A stretch of 64,000 nt of DNA, taken from positions 1-64,000 of IMG/VR virus record IMGVR_UViG_2675903055_000001; one strand, given 5' to 3'. Source of the stretch: a virus. Taxonomy: Duplodnaviria > Caudoviricetes. The position numbers and the translations under genes were made by a program. Each line of letters begins with the position of its first letter. The stretch's first letter is position 1. This document shows positions 9,590 through 17,271 of the stretch, one piece after another. The notes under the pieces are model-generated. The model was not told where the DNA came from. It made no database searches and saw only the letters and a list, made by a program, of their open reading frames with translations.

Positions 9590-10015
9590 GTGCCCGACTA
9601 CACCGATCCGCCCGGCATGCCGGAGGACGAGCGTATGGCCCCGGCCGAGTTGCGGGTCGTCCGCGAGTGGCTCGGCTTCACCCCCGAATGGCTCGCCCAG
9701 CACCTCGGCGTCAGCGCCCGCACCGTCCGCCACTGGGAGGCAGGGAAGTACGCCGTCCCCGGCGGCGTCCGGCTGGAGATCGAGGACCTGGAGGAGCGGA
9801 CCGGCGAGTTCGTGTCCGTCTTGATCGGCAAGCTGATGGACATGCCCGAGCCCGGGGTGGTCACCTACCGGGACGACGCCGAGTACCACGCCGCTCACCC
9901 CGAGATCCCGTTCCCCGCCTCCTGGCACCGGGCTGTCATCGCCCGCGTCGCCCAGGAGGTGCCCGGCCTGTCCATCGCCTACGCCGACGCCGTCGAAGCG
10001 CAGGCGATGGCTTGA
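9590..10015 (+). CDS. Aca2/YdiL (DUF1870)-like HTH protein
   Basis: MAPAELRVVREWLGFTPEWLAQHLGVSARTVRHWEAGKYAVP followed by DUF1870-like YRDDAEY region; RBS GGAGG. Confidence 0.7.
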   Translation: MPDYTDPPGMPEDERMAPAELRVVREWLGFTPEWLAQHLGVSARTVRHWEAGKYAVPGGVRLEIEDLEERTGEFVSVLIGKLMDMPEPGVVTYRDDAEYHAAHPEIPFPASWHRAVIARVAQEVPGLSIAYADAVEAQAMA

Positions 10016-10020
10016 GGCCC

Positions 10021-10773
10021 GTGCCGCGCGGGACGCAGCCCGAGGACGCCGCAGGGCGCTTGCAGTGCCTCGAATGCGGCCGGTGGTACCGCAGGCTCGA
10101 CATGCACCTCCACCGCGGCGAGGACATGACTCCGGACGACTACCGCGAACGGCACGGCCTGGCCGCCGGCCACCCGCTCGTGAGCCCGGAGTTGAGTGAC
10201 AGGTGGCGGGAGCAGGCCCGCGCCCGGCACGCTCGCGGTGAACTCGCCTCCATCGCCCAGCGGCAGAGCCCCGAGGAGCGCCGCGCTGCCGGGCGCTCCG
10301 GGAACACCCGCCACGTAGCCACCGCGCCCCGGCCCGAGGTTCGGGCCATCCACCGGGCCACCATCGTCAAGGGCCGCAGCCAGGCCCACGCGAACAAACG
10401 GGCAGCCCTCGAGGCACTGGCCCGCGGCCTCGGCCATTCCGGGTGGGAGAGCTTCATCCGTGACACCGCTCAGCTCAGCCTCCACGAGGTCGGGCGCAGG
10501 GCGGGGCGGGACCCCAGAACGATCGCGTACTGGCGTAGGAAGATCCTCGGCGACGGGTGGGTCACGGCTGGTGCACGGCTCCAGCCCAGGCGAGCCGCCG
10601 CCTTCGCCCGGCTCGACGCCGAATTCGCCGCCCGCGGCTGGGGCGACCTGGCCGCGGCCCGCAGAGCAGTAGGAAGGCGCGGTCTGAAAGGGGTCGCCGC
10701 GGAGGTGGGGAGCACGCCCAGCACGCTGCTGGCCTGGGAGGAGCACCGCCGGCCGGGGCAGGGGTCGGGTTGA
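10021..10773 (+). CDS. Ros/MucR-type zinc-finger domain protein with C-terminal HTH-like segments
   Basis: LQCLECGRWYRRLDMHL...MTPDDYRERHGL. Confidence 0.7.
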   Translation: MPRGTQPEDAAGRLQCLECGRWYRRLDMHLHRGEDMTPDDYRERHGLAAGHPLVSPELSDRWREQARARHARGELASIAQRQSPEERRAAGRSGNTRHVATAPRPEVRAIHRATIVKGRSQAHANKRAALEALARGLGHSGWESFIRDTAQLSLHEVGRRAGRDPRTIAYWRRKILGDGWVTAGARLQPRRAAAFARLDAEFAARGWGDLAAARRAVGRRGLKGVAAEVGSTPSTLLAWEEHRRPGQGSG

Positions 10774-11082
10774 CCCGAGATGCGCCGAGGCTCGCCGTGC
10801 CGCAGGGTGGGTGTATGGCTCCGGTGGTGGTGCATGCTCCGGACGCGGAGGGTGGCGTCGAGGTGCTTGTCCGCGGCCTCCTCCATGGCTGCGAGGACGG
10901 CGAGCGTCGCAGTTGGCGGGGGTGGCGTCCGGCTGACGCGGGACAAGGTCGGTCACCGGGCGGGCTCCTCATTCAGCGCGGGCCTCGCCCTGTTCGTTGA
11001 GGGTCCGCAGAAGGCCGTCGTGCCTCTCGGTGAGGCGCTCAACCTCTGGATGGTCTCTCGGCCGCTCATCCCGTCCACTCCT

Positions 11083-11328
11083 TCACCGGTTCGGTTCCTT
11101 TGCCCCGTAGGGATTTGTCACAGCGGGGGCCAGCTTGGCGCGGATGCGGGCGAGCGCGGCGCGCACCTCTGCCGCGTTCTCGTCGTCACGGTCTTGCCAT
11201 TCAGCCTCAAGGGCGACGCACTCCCAGTGGACGTCCCTCAGGGTACGGAGGGCTAGCAGGGGAGCACCCGCATTAGCTTGCGCTGCTGCCTGCTTGAGGC
11301 GCTGGTAGGCGGGTGATTCGTCGGGCAT
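11083..11328 (-). CDS. Hypothetical protein
   Basis: RBS AGGAG before ATG; codon bias. Confidence 0.55.
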   Translation of the reverse strand: MPDESPAYQRLKQAAAQANAGAPLLALRTLRDVHWECVALEAEWQDRDDENAAEVRAALARIRAKLAPAVTNPYGAKEPNR

Positions 11329-11579
11329 CGGCGGTCTCCTTGTCGGATCTCATCATGTACAGACGACGCAACTCGCGGGTCCTGCCGCGCGGCAAAGCCC
11401 CGCACGGCGGCGGGGCTTGGTGGCGGCCTGCGGTCAAGAAGTAGGGGTCGCGGCGGGGCACTCGACGTGGTGCTCGTCGGTGACCCACTTGATCGACGGT
11501 GAAGCCGCCCGTCGAGGAGTCATCGCACATGACGAAACGCCCCGCCGCCCGAAGGCAGCGGGGCTCAGCGCTGTGAGGC

Positions 11580-13238
11580 TCAGGCGTGAACCCACGGCCA
11601 CGCGGCGGCCCGCCCCGACTCCAACAGCGGGATCATCCGGAACGCCTGATCCGTGAGCCCGCCAAACGTGTGCCGGCCCCTCCCACCCGACTGCGCATGC
11701 CCCACCCGGTAGCCAGCCAGATTCCACGTGTACATCGGCACCGACGACGGAACAGCCCGCATCACGTCGTCCGCGTCATGCCCCGCCTGCTCGTCCGTAA
11801 CGATCACAACCCTGTCGTGACCGGTGAACTCCTGACGGAGAGCCGCCGCTGTGTCGGTACCGCCCCCAAGGAACCAGCCACCGCCCTTCCACCGCTGCAC
11901 CGCCCGCAGCAGCGACTCACCCCTCTGCGCAGGGAACGCCTTCGTCCTCGCCCCCGGGCGGTCGTTCGTGTAGTAACGGGCCGACGAGAACGACACGACA
12001 TCCGCTCGCGCGCACCGCTGCCCCAACGCGATACCGAACAGGGCCGCAGCATCCCACCGCATCAGGCTGCCGTCCCGCGAGAACGGCTCGTTCATCGATG
12101 ACGAGGTGTCGACCAGGACCAGGGTGCGCCCTGCGAGCTGCGGGATGTTCGCGAGTGACGCGGACAGCGCCTTCTCCAGTGCGTAGCCCCAGCGCAGCGA
12201 CGGCGCCGCGTTGTACGCCGAGTAGAACCGCATCGGCAACTGACGTGAGCGTGCCACCTGCTCCGGGTCCGCGAGCTTCGCCGCGACCTGCTCCGCCGCC
12301 GCGTCGGACACGCCGGCCTCGTCGAAGTTGCGGAGGTTCCTGAGCAGCGCCATGTAGCCCATGGACGGGATGACCGCCTCCCACGCCTGCTTGTCCATCG
12401 GCCCCTGGAGCCAGCCGGCCAGCGCCTCCCACGTCATGCCAGCCTGCTGAAGGAGGTCGCCGTGGTTGGCGAGCACGTCCCTGCGCTGGTCAACTGGTGT
12501 GTACGTGAGCCGTTCACGCGCGAGCAGCATGGGGAGCCTGGCGGGGATCTCCTCGTCGCGCTTCATCCTGCGGTCGAGGGCGTGCTTGAACAGGTCGCCC
12601 TGCCACGCCTTGTTATCCGCCGGGCTGGGGTGGACGAGGTTGAGGACGTCGCCGAACCGGTACCCCTTGGATTCGGTGTCGTACTTGAGAAGGCTCCGCT
12701 CGTTGTACAGCCGCTGCACGGCGTCCGCGACCCCTCGCTTGATGGGCTTGGGCAGGCGTCGGCCGTAGCGGCTGGCCCAGTAGCCGAGCATTTCGCCGGG
12801 CTCGTCGGCGCGCTGGAGGACGGAGTCGATGACGCGCCGGTTCCAGCCTCCGCCGCTGGCCGATGCCGTCACCGTGTCGGGCGCCAGGTCACCGGCGGCC
12901 GTGGCGTCGAGGCGGGCCTTGACGAACTCGGCGGCGCCGACCAGCGCGGCGGTGCGCATGTTGGCGTCGCTGCGGAGCCAGCCCAGCAGTTCGACGCACC
13001 AGGCTGGGTCTTCGACGGCGAGCTGCCGTATGAGCTGGGTGTAGCGGTCGTCGCGCTGTCCGCCAGTCTCGTAGAACGTGTCCTGGCCGACCATGTTGGC
13101 GACGGCGAGGAGGAACAGCTCGGACTTGGTGTCGCGGAGGTAGCCGTGGCTGCCCTCGGCGGTGAGCGCACGCTCCCCGGTCGATGTCACGGGCGAGCTG
13201 GCAGACGGGCGGGCTGTGCGGGTGTTGAAGCGGGCCAC
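11580..13238 (-). CDS. rsr: Ro60/Rsr ortholog (TROVE + vWA domain RNA-binding protein)
   Basis: ELFLLAV, MRTAALV, SMGYMALLRNLRN TROVE motifs; vWA MIDAS LVLVDTSSSM, GGTD and IVTDEQ. Confidence 0.92.
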   Translation of the reverse strand: MARFNTRTARPSASSPVTSTGERALTAEGSHGYLRDTKSELFLLAVANMVGQDTFYETGGQRDDRYTQLIRQLAVEDPAWCVELLGWLRSDANMRTAALVGAAEFVKARLDATAAGDLAPDTVTASASGGGWNRRVIDSVLQRADEPGEMLGYWASRYGRRLPKPIKRGVADAVQRLYNERSLLKYDTESKGYRFGDVLNLVHPSPADNKAWQGDLFKHALDRRMKRDEEIPARLPMLLARERLTYTPVDQRRDVLANHGDLLQQAGMTWEALAGWLQGPMDKQAWEAVIPSMGYMALLRNLRNFDEAGVSDAAAEQVAAKLADPEQVARSRQLPMRFYSAYNAAPSLRWGYALEKALSASLANIPQLAGRTLVLVDTSSSMNEPFSRDGSLMRWDAAALFGIALGQRCARADVVSFSSARYYTNDRPGARTKAFPAQRGESLLRAVQRWKGGGWFLGGGTDTAAALRQEFTGHDRVVIVTDEQAGHDADDVMRAVPSSVPMYTWNLAGYRVGHAQSGGRGRHTFGGLTDQAFRMIPLLESGRAAAWPWVHA

Positions 13239-13280
13239 AAGAAGCCCCCTCTCTGAGAGGGGAAGCCCAGCAGTGGGGGT

Positions 13281-13414
13281 GCCCGAGGTCAGAGTCGGTG
13301 ACGGAAACGTAGCGTCCTAGGCCGCTGGACGACACCAGCCATACGACTGGCGGCGGGATTCGAACCCGCGTTGCTCTCTTGAGAGGAGAAGTATCCGTCT
13401 CCTGCGCACCGGGC
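13281..13414 (-). ncRNA. Y RNA-like (YrlA-type) unit with circularly permuted tRNA-Glu(CUC)-like domain
   Basis: 5' GCCCGGUGCGCAGG pairs with 3' CUGACCUCGGGC; inside, in order: UUCUC-CUCUCAA-GAGAG, T arm GCGGG-UUCGAAU-CCCGC, closed 7-bp acceptor hairpin, D arm GUCC-AGCGGCCUA-GGAC. Confidence 0.8.
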
Positions 13415-13430
13415 GCCCCCGGATGCTGTG

Positions 13431-13499
13431 CCTCCCGAGATCAAAGACGGCGGCGGCGCATTCACCCAAAGAAGTAGCCGCAGCCTGCGCACCGGGAGG
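13431..13499 (-). ncRNA. Minimal Y RNA-like unit without tRNA domain
   Basis: Same CCCGGUGCGCAGG..CGG.UACUUC 5' block and UUUGAUCUCGGG 3' block; CCUCCCG/CGGGAGG terminal stem. Confidence 0.7.
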
Positions 13500-13518
13500 T
13501 GCAAATCTGAAGTTGTGG

Positions 13519-13652
13519 GCCCAGAGATCGAAGTCGGTGTCGGAGACGTGGTGCTCTACCTGTTGAGCTACGGACGCCGTGGCGTCCGACGGGACTCGAA
13601 CCCGCAACCGCCCCATTAACAGTGGAAGTATCCGATGCCTGCGCACCTGGGC
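13519..13652 (-). ncRNA. Y RNA-like (YrlA-type) unit with circularly permuted tRNA-Asn(GUU)-like domain
   Basis: GCCCAG/CUGGGC terminal stem; UUCCA-CUGUUAA-UGGGG, T arm GCGGG-UUCGAGU-CCCGU, acceptor hairpin CGGACGC-CACG-GCGUCCG, D arm GCUC-AACAGGUA-GAGC. Confidence 0.8.
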
Positions 13653-13660
13653 TGGTATCC

Positions 13661-13666
13661 AATATA
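13661..13666 (-). promoter_or_regulatory. -10-like hexamer TATATT upstream of the Y RNA array
   Basis: Located about 8 nt upstream of the first unit's 5' stem; no -35 at canonical spacing. Confidence 0.4.
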
Positions 13667-13747
13667 GCCCAACTGTTCGCCAGCCTGGCCAAATTCTTCC
13701 GGGGCCCGGGGCAGCGGTGCTTCCCGCCAAGTCCCGCAGCTCGACTC

Positions 13748-13975
13748 TTACTCGGCGGAGTAGATCTCCGGCATCGGATGTTCCACACCCTCGCGCCACA
13801 TGTGTCGCCGGGCGTTGTACTCCGCGTCAGCCTTGAAGGGGTCGCCGCCACGAGAGTGAGCTCCGCACGGGCAGCGCCAGTGAAAGAGTCTCCACTGGGC
13901 AGGGTCAGTGGAGGTGGTACCCGCCTGGGGATCCCTCTTCAGCGCACGTCGGATCCACCCGGCCATACTGCCCAC
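13748..13975 (-). CDS. Hypothetical protein (CPC...H motif)
   Basis: Short ORF with plausible composition. Confidence 0.5.
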   Translation of the reverse strand: MGSMAGWIRRALKRDPQAGTTSTDPAQWRLFHWRCPCGAHSRGGDPFKADAEYNARRHMWREGVEHPMPEIYSAE

Positions 13976-14199
13976 CCGCTCCCCGGTTGTGCCGTGACGG
14001 ACCCAGAGCCGTCGCGCTCCATCCGTCGAAGGCGAGACCCGCGATCTTGCATGTTATCGGGGGTGAGGCAGCGTCAACCGAGTGTGCGCCCAGCGGTGTT
14101 CGACTCAACCTGCATCACATCGAGCCACGTCACACATCTTGTGCGACGCGAATCCATATGATGCACTGGCTTCCATCACATCCTGTCGAAGGTGGGGGC

Positions 14200-14598
14200 A
14201 TGTCTGATCTTGCAGGTATCCACAAGCAGTGCACCGCCGAGGGCGGCCTCACACGCGTCACGCTCGGCGCGCTCCGCGAGGAGCTGGGCTACCGGAAGTT
14301 GGGTTCCGGTGTCCTCACCGAGATCGCCGACGAACTCGCCGAGACCGACCTCGGCTACTTCCCCCGGGAGACGCTCGACTCGCGCTGCAACACCGTGCCG
14401 CGCAAGGAGCAGGGGGTGTGGGTGTACGTGCGGGACGGTTCCACCCGCGCCGCCGTCCTGGATGCGGTGCTGGACCCGGGGCGAGTCAACGTGCGCCGCA
14501 TCCTCGACGGTCTCGCGGAGGGCAACCTCGGTGCCCTGTCGCCACAGGAGAGGCTCGACCGCATCAGCGCCATCGTCAACGCCAAGGAGGACGCATGA
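14200..14598 (+). CDS. Hypothetical protein (moron gene 1)
   Basis: RBS AAGGTGGGG; opposite strand to flanking operons. Confidence 0.7.
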   Translation: MSDLAGIHKQCTAEGGLTRVTLGALREELGYRKLGSGVLTEIADELAETDLGYFPRETLDSRCNTVPRKEQGVWVYVRDGSTRAAVLDAVLDPGRVNVRRILDGLAEGNLGALSPQERLDRISAIVNAKEDA

Positions 14599-15023
14599 TC
14601 AGCAAGACGGGCCGCTACTGGTCCACCGGCATCACCGTCACATGGTCTGCGCGGGCCCACGTCATCAACGGGGAACGCCAGGAGATTCACTCCGGCTGGA
14701 TGGCCTCGCTCGACTTCCTGGACGACGGCTTCCTGTCCGACTCTCCCGCAGAGGGTTCCATCTCTACGCAGGGCAGCTTGCGCACGCGCTACTTCGTTTG
14801 CGAGGAGAAGGGAGTAGACGCCCTCACGGGCGCCATCGACTCGCTGATCGACGATGCCAAGCGGCTGGGCATCGACTTTCGCATCGGGGACGGCAAGGCG
14901 ATGCTCTACTACCGGGGCGACGGCGAGGACTCCAACTACCCAGCACCCGAGGGCTGGCGCCAGATGCTTCGTGAGCAGGATGACCGAATCGGCTGGGACA
15001 CCTACACCACCGAGACCGTCTGA
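14595..15023 (+). CDS. Hypothetical protein (moron gene 2)
   Basis: RBS AAGGAGG, ATGA overlap with gene 1; MISKTGRYWSTGITVTW. Confidence 0.7.
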   Translation: MISKTGRYWSTGITVTWSARAHVINGERQEIHSGWMASLDFLDDGFLSDSPAEGSISTQGSLRTRYFVCEEKGVDALTGAIDSLIDDAKRLGIDFRIGDGKAMLYYRGDGEDSNYPAPEGWRQMLREQDDRIGWDTYTTETV

Positions 15024-15086
15024 CGACACCGCCCCGGTAGGTCTAGTACCGGGGCGGCTACCCGCATCGTAGCCGCACACGACGAA

Positions 15087-15120
15087 GCGCCCCGCCGCCC
15101 GTAATGGGCGGCGGGGCGTT
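15087..15120. terminator. GC-rich hairpin terminator between convergent operons
   Basis: CCGCCGCCC-GTAAT-GGGCGGCGG; a second hairpin GCCCCGGTA...TACCGGGGC lies at about 15031-15055. Confidence 0.55.
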
Positions 15121-15309
15121 GTCATGCCGCCTCGTCCGGCGGCGGGGGTGCGGGTTCGAGGAACGGGTTCGTGGACGGCGGCGGTGGCGGCTCCGGTGAC
15201 GGTTCGGGCGGCGGCTCCACCCACCCCATGTCCACCTGGCTACCGAGGTCGGCGCCTCCCGGATCCGGAGCCGGCGTCGGCCCCGGCGACTGCAACGGCA
15301 TGCTGCCTC

Positions 15310-15981
15310 CTACGGATACGTGCGGCGGCTCGGGTCGAGCGCCGCAGCTTGCGGTTTCGGCTCATCCGGCCCCGACCCTCCCCCGCCAGACGGCGCACAG
15401 CTATACGAGGTGGAACCGCCAGAGGTAGGGGTGCAGGTGTAGGTGACGCCGTTGTACGTCCACGTCCAGGACGACGGCGCCGGACCCGTCGGCCCCCGCT
15501 CGCCCTGCGGGCCCTGCTCCCCACGCGGTCCTGCCGCACCGGGTTCGCCCCGCGACCCCTGCGGTCCGGGCTCTCCCTGGGCGCCTTCCTGCCCGGTCTC
15601 GCCCTGCTCCCCCTGCGGGCCTTCCTCTCCCGCCTCGCCGCCCTTGCCGTCAGAGCCGTTGTTGCCGTCGGCTCCGGTCTTGCCGGGCGGCCCGGGACTA
15701 CCGCGGTCCCCCTCGGGCCCCTGGGGCCCGCGCGGGCCGACCTGCCCGGCGTCGCCGGCGTCTCCGCGACTACCGGGCGGCCCGGCGACAGGCTTCTCCC
15801 CCAACTGCTGTACCTGCTCGGCGAGCGCGTCCCGCGCGTCGTTGGCGTCGCGGAGTTCCCCGGCGAGACGCTGCATGGTGAGCACGACCCACACGAACGC
15901 AGCCAACGCCATGACGACCGCAGCGGCGAACAGAACGTCGCTGCGGCGGCGCCTCTTGCCGGGATGGTGGTGGGTGCTCAC
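15310..15981 (-). CDS. Membrane-anchored collagen-like protein (lysis cassette, spanin-like position)
   Basis: N-terminal TM helix, coiled coil, Gly-X-Y repeats. Confidence 0.85.
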   Translation of the reverse strand: MSTHHHPGKRRRRSDVLFAAAVVMALAAFVWVVLTMQRLAGELRDANDARDALAEQVQQLGEKPVAGPPGSRGDAGDAGQVGPRGPQGPEGDRGSPGPPGKTGADGNNGSDGKGGEAGEEGPQGEQGETGQEGAQGEPGPQGSRGEPGAAGPRGEQGPQGERGPTGPAPSSWTWTYNGVTYTCTPTSGGSTSYSCAPSGGGGSGPDEPKPQAAALDPSRRTYP

Positions 15982-16325
15982 GTGCCCGCCCCCCTTGCTG
16001 CCAGGTAGGTCTGGAGTAGCAGCAGCGCGATCGGTGCGATGAGTGCGGTGAACACGAGTCGCCTGTCGGCTCGGCGGCGGTCGTCCGCTGTTCGCCGGTC
16101 GGCGTCAGCTTGGCGTGCGTCGGCGTCGCGGGCTTCTTCGATGGCGCGGACGCGTTCGCTCATGCGCCGCAGGTCGTCGTCTCTGGCCCGGTGCTCGTAG
16201 TCGTATCGCTCGATGGACACTTTGCTGTCGAGCCGGGAGCCGAGCTCGCGGACGTCTTCCTTGAGGTCTTGGTGTACGGCTTCGAGTCGTCGCACCACCT
16301 CCCCAAGCGTCGGCTCGTCCGACAT
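15978..16325 (-). CDS. Lysis-cassette membrane protein
   Basis: Coiled coil plus C-terminal TM helix. Confidence 0.7.
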   Translation of the reverse strand: MSDEPTLGEVVRRLEAVHQDLKEDVRELGSRLDSKVSIERYDYEHRARDDDLRRMSERVRAIEEARDADARQADADRRTADDRRRADRRLVFTALIAPIALLLLQTYLAARGAGT

Positions 16326-16338
16326 GACGGCCCCCTGG

Positions 16339-16686
16339 TCAGGCTCCGGCGGCTGGTGCGTTCGGCTTGGACGGCGTCACCTGTCCGCGGGCCAGCAGGG
16401 CGAGGCCGGCAAGTATGAGGCCGTTGACGGCGCCGATCGACTCGGGGGACACCTCGAAGCCGAACGCGGCGACCAGTGCGGCGACGGCGGCGACGAGGCC
16501 GGTGAACGCCTGCGGGGCAATGGGCCGGGTGACGGCAGCGGCCACTGCGGCGAACACGGCGGATACGGCGGCGACGATGGCGCCGGCTTGCGCGGTGGTG
16601 AGGCCGAACTGGAAGGTGACCAGCAGGCTGAGGGCGGCGGACACGGTGTTGATGACGAGCGCTGGCTCGCGGCCGAAGACTCTCAC
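16339..16686 (-). CDS. Holin
   Basis: GREPAL N-terminus and several hydrophobic helices; downstream of endolysin. Confidence 0.8.
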   Translation of the reverse strand: MRVFGREPALVINTVSAALSLLVTFQFGLTTAQAGAIVAAVSAVFAAVAAAVTRPIAPQAFTGLVAAVAALVAAFGFEVSPESIGAVNGLILAGLALLARGQVTPSKPNAPAAGA

Positions 16687-16731
16687 GGCAGGATCCGTTC
16701 TGACGAAGAAATGGGCTGATCGGCTTCCGGT

Positions 16732-17271
16732 TCAGGCCCGTTGCGCGAGCCAGCGCCGGATGATCTGGTTGTGGCGGGCGTCGGCGAGCGCGTTGTGCTC
16801 GCCGCTCTCCTGCTGGGGCAGCTCGTCCCAGGCGATCCCGAGGCGGCGGGCTTCCTGCTGGATGTCGTTGGTGAACATCGGCACACCGTCGGGCAGGGCC
16901 ATCATCGTGCCCCAGAGCTGGGCGAGGCACACGTGGTCGTAGGCGCCGTAGTTCGCCCACAGCTCCACGTCCTCCGTGGCCTGGATGAACGCGGCCACCT
17001 CGTCCGCGATCGTGGCCCGAGACTTGACCCTCGGGTCGCCGTAGTGGAACAGCCAGCGCTTCGACATGCTGTTCCGCAGATCTCCGTGCCCCTTGGGCAG
17101 GTGCGGGACGACGTTCTCCATGAGCCACTGATGCCTGCGGATCTTCCGCACAGGCATGTCCCTGTTGGCGGCGTAGTACTCGCGGCCGTCGTCGCACACC
17201 ATGCCGATGGAGATCAGCTCGATGGTGCGGCCGTCCTCCAGGAACTCCAGGTCGTAATCGATACCGGTCAC
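16732..17271 (-). CDS. DEDD 3'-5' exoribonuclease, RNase AS/Rv2179c-like
   Basis: YDLEFLEDGRTIELISIGMV...ELWANYGAYDHV...EHNALADARH. Confidence 0.85.
   Translation of the reverse strand: MTGIDYDLEFLEDGRTIELISIGMVCDDGREYYAANRDMPVRKIRRHQWLMENVVPHLPKGHGDLRNSMSKRWLFHYGDPRVKSRATIADEVAAFIQATEDVELWANYGAYDHVCLAQLWGTMMALPDGVPMFTNDIQQEARRLGIAWDELPQQESGEHNALADARHNQIIRRWLAQRA

Noticed and set aside
13281-13652. CRISPR array or ordinary tRNA-Asn/tRNA-Glu genes
   Set aside because: The repeats pair end-to-end around structured inserts of unequal length and no cas genes are present. The tRNA arms are in permuted order with a closed acceptor stem, so they are not canonical tRNAs.
13317-13851. ORF-track proteins overlapping the Y RNA array
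   Set aside because: No recognisable motifs or codon bias; the RNA structure explains the sequence
15440-15790. Tandem DNA repeat array
   Set aside because: Explained by collagen Gly-X-Y coding
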